A model generated the notes under the pieces. It was not told the DNA's origin and searched no databases. It saw only the letters and a program-made list of their open reading frames with translations. This document shows positions 57,733 to 64,000 of a stretch of DNA of 64,000 bases, piece by piece; position 1 is the stretch's first letter; the number at the start of each line of letters is the position of its first letter. The position numbers were made by a program, and so were the translations under genes. The stretch comes from Thermoplasmatota archaeon. Lineage in GTDB: Archaea > Thermoplasmatota > Penumbrarchaeia > Penumbrarchaeales > Penumbrarchaeaceae. The DNA lies in contig JARVGK010000003.1 of assembly GCA_029762535.1 (NCBI GenBank), forward strand, positions 32,001 through 96,000, in the 5' to 3' direction.

Positions 57733-59997
57733 TCAGGTGATGACGAGATCCTGGGACGATGAAACGAACAGTGTATCTCGAACTTTGTCGAACCTCGTGA
57801 AAATCTCAGGACCCATGTTCTCGATCTGCTCCTGAGTGAATCCAACTATGGTGAGATCCGCTTTTTTCGAGATCCTGTTGATCTTATCCCTCATCTCCTC
57901 ATCGCTCTCATATACCTTGGACTTTACCGATCTCATCGAGATCGGCAGCCTCCCCTCGGATACCAAAGCCTTCACCCTCTTGGCAAGGGCTGCGCGATCC
58001 CCTTTGGGAAATAGAGTGAATATCGAGATCTTCGTCCCTTTCCATTCATCATGCTCCATAATAATATAGGACAGAAGTATCATGAGATTGACGTTCCTGA
58101 AATCCTCCTTGGTTATCCATAGATGTATATTCTGTCTATGTCCGAAGTTATGCTCCGTGGATCTCAACACGAGCTTGTTGTAGTTCACTATGGATGCCAT
58201 CCTCAATCCCGTTATGATGTCGGTGAGGTCATCTTGTCTATTCTTGTGGAACTCGAACATTATGGTGTTATTGTCCATCCCTGAGATACCGGAGATCTGC
58301 ACGGTCTGGGCAACTGCCGTAAGCGTAGAAGGAGAAACCAAGGTGGTTACCGAATAGTTCGCCTTTGAGCTTCTCATCTCCTCTATTAGTATTCTCTCGT
58401 CCTTTTTCGAGGATTTGACGGTCTCCGGGTCCAATTTTCCCCTCGTCATATGTACCAGGGTCCCGAAACCGTAATGATGCGAGATCCACCTAAGCATGTC
58501 CTTGGGTCCCTTCCGCTCGATGGCATTGGTGGAAATGGCGATTATCGAGGGCCTCCAGTTGAACTTGTCGGGTTTTGACATGGTCCTCTGGAGGGTGATC
58601 TTCATCAACCTGCTGAGCTGGAACATCACACCCTGGAATATTATGGCGAACGACCGCGACCTTTTATGCCTCATACCTAATAGATAATAGATCCCTCCCA
58701 TTATCAGAAGGGTAAGGAACGCGTAACCCGCGCTCAACTGGAACATGATACCGAATGAGAATACGGCTCCAACAAGGGAGATATACCACTTGGTCTTGAA
58801 TGTTGGACGATAGGAGGGATTACCCGCAAAATGTTCGAGGAATGAAATGAGACAGACCGAGCCGTATGCGATCAGGAAGAACATGGTGATGATCTGGGCC
58901 ACCATGTTGAGGTTGCCCATGAAGATGAACACGATCGCGATGATCGCAGATAAAAGTGTTCCGTTGATAGGTTCGTTCTCCTTTCCCTTGCCATATCTTA
59001 TGAAATCCCCTATTCTCTTGGAGTAGAACACCTTGTCCTTGCCCAGGGCCTGGAGCGTCCTTGGTCCGATCAGAGCGAACCCAACTGCTGATGATATCGT
59101 GGCACCGAAAAGGCCTGCGAGTATAACGTATCCCAGATGCAGGTTCCCGATCCCGTTGGCCATATCGAACATTATCAATGTGTTCGATGCGAGGACATCA
59201 ACCGGGGCGCTCAGATAGAGCTTGACCATCATTGCCAGATAGACGAAGAACCCGATCACTATGGCGAAAATGATACCCTTTGGGATCGATTTCCCCGGGT
59301 CCTTGAGGTCTCCCGAAAGACCTACTCCTGCCGTCATGCCTGTGAACGCCGGGAATGCAATTGCGAAGACGGGTAGGAACCCCAAAGAGTTCTGTGATGT
59401 AGCGGTTATCCCGGACGGGGCGCCGGGTAGGGGTGGGCTTATCATAAAGATGATTATTGAAGCGACCATCAGTGTGAATACCACCCAAAGGAGTTTGATA
59501 CCGATCTTGGCTCCCTTGGTGAGAATGATGCTGAATAGTATGAGTGCCAAGGGAATGCTGATGAGCCGGGGATCGTAAGTTATTGAGATCGGCAGAGGAT
59601 CGAGCAGATATCTCTGGATCGGTTCTTTCAACGCCTCGAACCCTTCGGCAAAACCGATGATGTAGAAAGCCACGGATATGGACTGGGCCGCATACAGCAT
59701 GACGCCGATCGTAGCGCCAATCCTCGGTCCAAAGGATCGGCTGATGATGTAATACTCGCCACCGCCGCCAACCCTTAGGTTCGTGGCGATCTCGGATATG
59801 GCTACCCCGGTGGGAAATGTTACCATGTGCCCTAATAGAACTATCGCGATGGCCCCTATGAATCCGACGTTGCCGACCGTGAAACCAAAACGCAGGAACA
59901 TGACGGCGCCTAGTATGGCGCAGATCGAGGTGAGGAAGACGGGGGCGGTACCGAAACCGTATCCGCCCTTGATAATGTTCCTTATCCTTCTGACCAT
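57733..59997 (-). CDS. Cation-chloride cotransporter (SLC12/CCC-like, APC superfamily)
   Basis: ILGAVMFLR, GGGEYYIISRSFG, FPAFTG..AG..LSGDLKDP, NWRPSI; soluble C-terminal domain. Confidence 0.9.
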   Translation of the reverse strand: MVRRIRNIIKGGYGFGTAPVFLTSICAILGAVMFLRFGFTVGNVGFIGAIAIVLLGHMVTFPTGVAISEIATNLRVGGGGEYYIISRSFGPRIGATIGVMLYAAQSISVAFYIIGFAEGFEALKEPIQRYLLDPLPISITYDPRLISIPLALILFSIILTKGAKIGIKLLWVVFTLMVASIIIFMISPPLPGAPSGITATSQNSLGFLPVFAIAFPAFTGMTAGVGLSGDLKDPGKSIPKGIIFAIVIGFFVYLAMMVKLYLSAPVDVLASNTLIMFDMANGIGNLHLGYVILAGLFGATISSAVGFALIGPRTLQALGKDKVFYSKRIGDFIRYGKGKENEPINGTLLSAIIAIVFIFMGNLNMVAQIITMFFLIAYGSVCLISFLEHFAGNPSYRPTFKTKWYISLVGAVFSFGIMFQLSAGYAFLTLLIMGGIYYLLGMRHKRSRSFAIIFQGVMFQLSRLMKITLQRTMSKPDKFNWRPSIIAISTNAIERKGPKDMLRWISHHYGFGTLVHMTRGKLDPETVKSSKKDERILIEEMRSSKANYSVTTLVSPSTLTAVAQTVQISGISGMDNNTIMFEFHKNRQDDLTDIITGLRMASIVNYNKLVLRSTEHNFGHRQNIHLWITKEDFRNVNLMILLSYIIMEHDEWKGTKISIFTLFPKGDRAALAKRVKALVSEGRLPISMRSVKSKVYESDEEMRDKINRISKKADLTIVGFTQEQIENMGPEIFTRFDKVRDTLFVSSSQDLVIT

Positions 59998-60123
59998 TTC
60001 CCTACCCCCTTGGATGACACTGGTCCGTCATCTGTGCCTCTGGTGCGTCCCAGTGTCAATTCTGGCATTGATATTTATACGTTATGTCATCCTTCCATAA
60101 CTCTCGATCATTCGTTATGGATC

Positions 60124-62421
60124 TCAAGGATAGGAGCCGTAGCACTGCTGCATGATATGATACGACGCTTTGAGCCTGGGCACATATTCGGGTATGTCCC
60201 AGTTATCCCAACCATAGAACATGAAGTCCACTCTCCTGAACACGCCTGAGAGGGGGCGGGGGATCGAATCGGATATCGGGGGGTGATTCGTCCCGTGACT
60301 AAAATTTCCGAATGCATCAGGCTTGTAGGTGATGACGGCGAGGTGAATGCCATCTATCCTCTGGCTCGCCTTCAATCCATCCCTCCACATATCCCCCATC
60401 ACCTCCTTTCTTGAAGGGTCCCTGAAGTTTAAAAGCAGCCAGGGGATCCTCATCTCTAAGGAGTCATCCCCCCATGAGATATCGGCAAGGGAGTTGTAAT
60501 TGGGCATGGCCGGGTCCGCCACCCCCCATCTCAGCTTGCCGGTCTCGTGAGTGGAGAAGTTCGCGCTGATGTTGAACCTCTCGATAATATAACCGCGTTC
60601 ATGCGTGAGTTCTATGGTGTGGAATATGCCATTGTCCTTGCGGTTTGCATATTCCACGATCGGGATGACGCCTTCGTCCACCGCGTAATCGTAATGGTTG
60701 ACGTCGTAGTACGAATCGACGATGACCCTGGACTCCTCTCCGTTCAGTTGGATGAGGAAGTCTATACCCCTCTCGGATACGATCCCCGATCCGAAGGGCA
60801 TGACATGTACGCCCTGGTCCTGAACCGTGTCGAGGAGGACCATCGTCCTCATCCTCGACCAATCGGGAGGGCCCTGAAGGTCCATGTATTCCAGCCTGAG
60901 GTAGAGATAAGCGGCGTCATGGTGTACTTGAACGGCCTGGAGATCCCTGCCGTCGTCGTACCCGTCATCGAATATATTGTAGCGGGATCCGGCCGTCCTT
61001 CCGAGGGGGTCCACCCTTTCCCAATCGCCGGAGGATCCGTCGATGACGATACGATGCTCGGAGACGGGATCGAAGGCGAGCATGCCGTAGCATTGTTCGC
61101 ACGTCTGTACATCGTTCCAGTAAGGCCTTCTTCCCGGGTTCATGTAGTCCATGGTGTTCCATGCCCGCTTGAACCATTCGTCCTGCCACGAGAACAGAAG
61201 CCCTCCTGCGTAACCCTCATCAATAATATCGTTGAACAGTGAGGAAGTATAGGCTCCCTGTTCTTTTTCCGTTAAACCCCCATGGTGCATCCCATTGTTA
61301 TTGAAGTGAGCGATCCCACGAGAGGAACTTATACCATATTCCGCGACCAGTATCGGAATGGAAAGCGTCTTTTTCAGGTCATTCAGGTATGATGCATAGG
61401 GGGAGGCCCTTCCATATTTTGATATGTAATTTGCATAAGAGGGATCCAGATTAAGGAAATCTGGATAGTTGGGATATACATGGTATGAGGCGAAGAAACC
61501 GGGATAGAAATGGGACTTAACACGAAAATGCCTATCATCGATAGTCTCCCAATCATCATACAGCCTGGGTTCATATTTATGCTCCAGAGGATCGGTGGTT
61601 GGCCAGTTGATAAAGCTTTGAGCCCTCTGACAGTCGTAGTTGTCATATTCATAACCTGCGCAGAAATCCATCATCCTGGCCAGCCAGATCTCCATCGGGC
61701 TTGCCTCCACGGTTCTGAAGAACCTTCCATCGAGCTGGTGGATCCCCCGGTTGTTGGAATTGGTCCCGTTGACGATGTAGGGATCGTATTCGATCCCGAG
61801 GATGTATCCAAGGACATATTCTGAAACATCATGCCTGTATATGCCGTCGGCGATCCCCACGGTCGGTTCGACCTTCCTGTTGCCGTGGATTATGTCAACG
61901 GCCATGGCGATGTTGTCTATGAATACCGTGCTTACCTCATCATCGAAGGCATCGCAGCGCTCATGGATCGCGATCTCGTCCAAGGTCACGCCCTGGAAGA
62001 GGAATATCGGATCGGGGCGCACTCTGTTGTACTCGAGCAAGGCCCTGTAGAAATCCGGAGGGTGATGCGTGTATATCCTGACGGCGTTCGCGTTCATCTC
62101 CCCAATGAGTCGGAACCAATCCCTGTATTCGGAATAGGTTATCGCGGCCTCCCCGGGGAAATATCCCGGCTTGGCGGCCCCCATGTTCACTCCTTTGATG
62201 ATGATGTCCGTCCATATACCATCCTTCATGATCTGGAAACGCTCCTCTCCCACCCGGGACGTGATCCATGCCCCTTTTCCCCCGACATCGAAATATGCCC
62301 CCTCCATGTGATAGCGGGGGATCTCCCTGTCCCTGATCAAAAGAGGCCTCACGGCGAGGGCCGAGAGCAGCAGCATCCCGGCAATGAATACCGCATACTT
62401 TAGAGGACCTTTCCACTCCAT
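60124..62421 (-). CDS. Membrane-anchored putative glycoside hydrolase (clan GH-A-like barrel plus beta-sandwich)
   Basis: IKGVNMG, NANAVRIYT, HVYPNYP, ILVAEYG, FSWQDEWFK. Confidence 0.6.
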   Translation of the reverse strand: MEWKGPLKYAVFIAGMLLLSALAVRPLLIRDREIPRYHMEGAYFDVGGKGAWITSRVGEERFQIMKDGIWTDIIIKGVNMGAAKPGYFPGEAAITYSEYRDWFRLIGEMNANAVRIYTHHPPDFYRALLEYNRVRPDPIFLFQGVTLDEIAIHERCDAFDDEVSTVFIDNIAMAVDIIHGNRKVEPTVGIADGIYRHDVSEYVLGYILGIEYDPYIVNGTNSNNRGIHQLDGRFFRTVEASPMEIWLARMMDFCAGYEYDNYDCQRAQSFINWPTTDPLEHKYEPRLYDDWETIDDRHFRVKSHFYPGFFASYHVYPNYPDFLNLDPSYANYISKYGRASPYASYLNDLKKTLSIPILVAEYGISSSRGIAHFNNNGMHHGGLTEKEQGAYTSSLFNDIIDEGYAGGLLFSWQDEWFKRAWNTMDYMNPGRRPYWNDVQTCEQCYGMLAFDPVSEHRIVIDGSSGDWERVDPLGRTAGSRYNIFDDGYDDGRDLQAVQVHHDAAYLYLRLEYMDLQGPPDWSRMRTMVLLDTVQDQGVHVMPFGSGIVSERGIDFLIQLNGEESRVIVDSYYDVNHYDYAVDEGVIPIVEYANRKDNGIFHTIELTHERGYIIERFNISANFSTHETGKLRWGVADPAMPNYNSLADISWGDDSLEMRIPWLLLNFRDPSRKEVMGDMWRDGLKASQRIDGIHLAVITYKPDAFGNFSHGTNHPPISDSIPRPLSGVFRRVDFMFYGWDNWDIPEYVPRLKASYHIMQQCYGSYP

Positions 62422-62551
62422 TGAGCCTTATGAGCCGCATATCATAACTTAAACGTTGTCCAGTCATTCTCCTCGGCCCCCCAACATGGCCGACCGGATC
62501 CAAATCGTTGATTATTTATGCCGCGTGCCCGATACGTGGCGGAGGTTCAAA

Positions 62552-63118
62552 ATGACGACCAGGAAGACCCATATAGTGTTCGATCTGGAGGCCACTTGCT
62601 GGAGGGAAAGGGGGGATCCCGATCGAATGGAGATAATAGAGATCGGAGCGACAAGGCTCGATACGGTCTCATTCGACGTCACGGAGGTGTTCTCCACCTT
62701 TGTGAGGCCTTTGAGGGAACCTCAACTTAGCGATTTCTGCAAGGAGTTAACCAGCATCAGGCAGTCCGATGTTGACGGCGCCCGCCTATTCCCTGAGGCC
62801 ATGACCTCCTTCCTAGGGTGGATCGGGTCCGTTGATGCCGTTCTCTGCTCATGGGGGGCATATGACCTCAAGCAGATGAGAACGGACCACAGCAGGCACG
62901 GTATGCCCGAGCCCGATATCCTGAACGATCATATCAACCTAAAACAGCTTTATGCTGACCTGTTCAAAAGGAAACGATGCGGGATGAAGAAGGCCCTGGA
63001 GCAGCTGGGGATCCCGCTCGAGGGGACACATCACCGCGGCGTGGACGATGCCAGGAACATCGCGAAGATCGCCAAAGTGATACTGCCGATGTACTACGAT
63101 CGAAATTCCGATCGATGA
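62552..63118 (+). CDS. DEDDh 3'-5' exonuclease (ERI1/KapD-like)
   Basis: DLEATCW, EIIEIGA, SWGAYD, HHRGVDDA; ATG 62552 follows GGAGG. Confidence 0.9.
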   Translation: MTTRKTHIVFDLEATCWRERGDPDRMEIIEIGATRLDTVSFDVTEVFSTFVRPLREPQLSDFCKELTSIRQSDVDGARLFPEAMTSFLGWIGSVDAVLCSWGAYDLKQMRTDHSRHGMPEPDILNDHINLKQLYADLFKRKRCGMKKALEQLGIPLEGTHHRGVDDARNIAKIAKVILPMYYDRNSDR

Positions 63119-63124
63119 GGGAAT

Positions 63125-63196
63125 GGCAGGGGCGGCCGAGGGTTTTCATGGGGTGAGTGTGGTTCGGGAGGCCAAAAAGAAGCGGCCGCTCCTGCC
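63125..63196. repeat. About 72-bp stem-loop element, copy 1
   Basis: ggcaggggcggccg...cggccgctcctgcc; loop is similar to copy 2. Confidence 0.65.
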
Positions 63197-63264
63197 CGGC
63201 TTCCTTATCCTTGAGAATAATACGTCACTGAAGGGTATATAAGATTTGTAGTACAACGTTCGTA

Positions 63265-63912
63265 TTGAGATCCTTTCATGCGTTCGGGATAAATACGCTG
63301 ACGGCATCACCCGATGTTATGGATCAGGTCCACAAGCAGTCATATGGATTCTCCTGCGGCCCTGCCGCACTCCTCTCAGTTCTTCACTGGATGGACCCGT
63401 CCATTCCGCTCGAGCATGACGTGGAGTTGGACCTCTGGAGGGATGCCAACCTCGGAGAGTCCCGGGCCACCTCCGCACACGGATTGGCCCTCGCCGCGCT
63501 CAGGTTGGGCTTCAAGGCCCGGATCATCGCGAGCGGCGAGGGAATAGGTTTCGATGGGAGGTTGATGGAGCATTTCCCATCGATCCGCCCGGAATTGCTC
63601 CATGCCCTGTTCGATCACACCAGAAGGAGGTCCTTATCCTTGGGACTCATAGAGGAGATCGCACCCGTAACGCTTGATATCATCGGATCGCATATAGGGT
63701 CCGGTCATCTTCCGATAGTTCTGATCTCGACCTCTCTGATGGGGGAGGATCCGGGGATCCCGCACTGGGTGGTCGTTGTCGATGTGGATGATGGGATAAG
63801 TATCGCGAATCCGGAGACCGGAGGGATCGAGAATCATTCCATTCAAGAATTCTCGAATTCATTCGGTTATGACGGATACTCCGCTTGCGTTCTGGTATGG
63901 AAGGAAGAATGA
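63265..63912 (+). CDS. Peptidase C39-like (DUF3335) protein
   Basis: QSYGFSCGPAAL, ELDLWRDA, GLALAA, PHWVVV. Confidence 0.8.
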   Translation: MRSFHAFGINTLTASPDVMDQVHKQSYGFSCGPAALLSVLHWMDPSIPLEHDVELDLWRDANLGESRATSAHGLALAALRLGFKARIIASGEGIGFDGRLMEHFPSIRPELLHALFDHTRRRSLSLGLIEEIAPVTLDIIGSHIGSGHLPIVLISTSLMGEDPGIPHWVVVVDVDDGISIANPETGGIENHSIQEFSNSFGYDGYSACVLVWKEE

Positions 63913-63914
63913 TC

Positions 63915-63985
63915 GGCAGGAGGGGCGGACAAGAAGGGTTTGATGATGTGTGGTTGGAGGCTTACAATATTCGCCTCCTCCTGCC
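63915..63985. repeat. About 72-bp stem-loop element, copy 2
   Basis: ggcaggaggggcg...cgcctcctcctgcc. Confidence 0.65.
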
Positions 63986-64000
63986 CAAGTGTAGTCTCTG

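Noticed and set aside
57192-57733. Several repetitive ORFs around tRNA-Leu
   Set aside because: They are by-products of the GC-rich 161-bp repeat overlapping a tRNA.

Overview
Archaeal chromosomal window, most likely from an uncultivated Thermoplasmatota-like euryarchaeote. The placement is inferred from the A-type ATP synthase, archaeal pantoate kinase, DUF371, archaeal-style tRNAs and many C-terminally anchored surface proteins. It holds about 45 CDS: a split A1Ao ATP synthase locus (H-I-K-E-C-F-A, with B on the other strand and D absent), coaBC plus pantoate kinase, DASS/OPT/CCC transporters, RNA methyltransferases and large Ig/beta-helix surface proteins. Four things stand out. (1) All three tRNA genes (Arg-TCG, Thr-GGT, Leu-CAG) sit in arrays of direct and inverted, hairpin-filled copies of themselves with a shared architecture. 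(2) There is a complete oleABCD-like olefin/beta-lactone cluster, with a second, catalytically degenerate OleA-like gene. (3) The Na+-type c subunit is fused to a signal peptide and an extracellular DxDxDG Ca-binding module. (4) There is an NpmA/KamB-like 16S A1408 methyltransferase. All family calls come from motif recognition by eye; no database searches were run.
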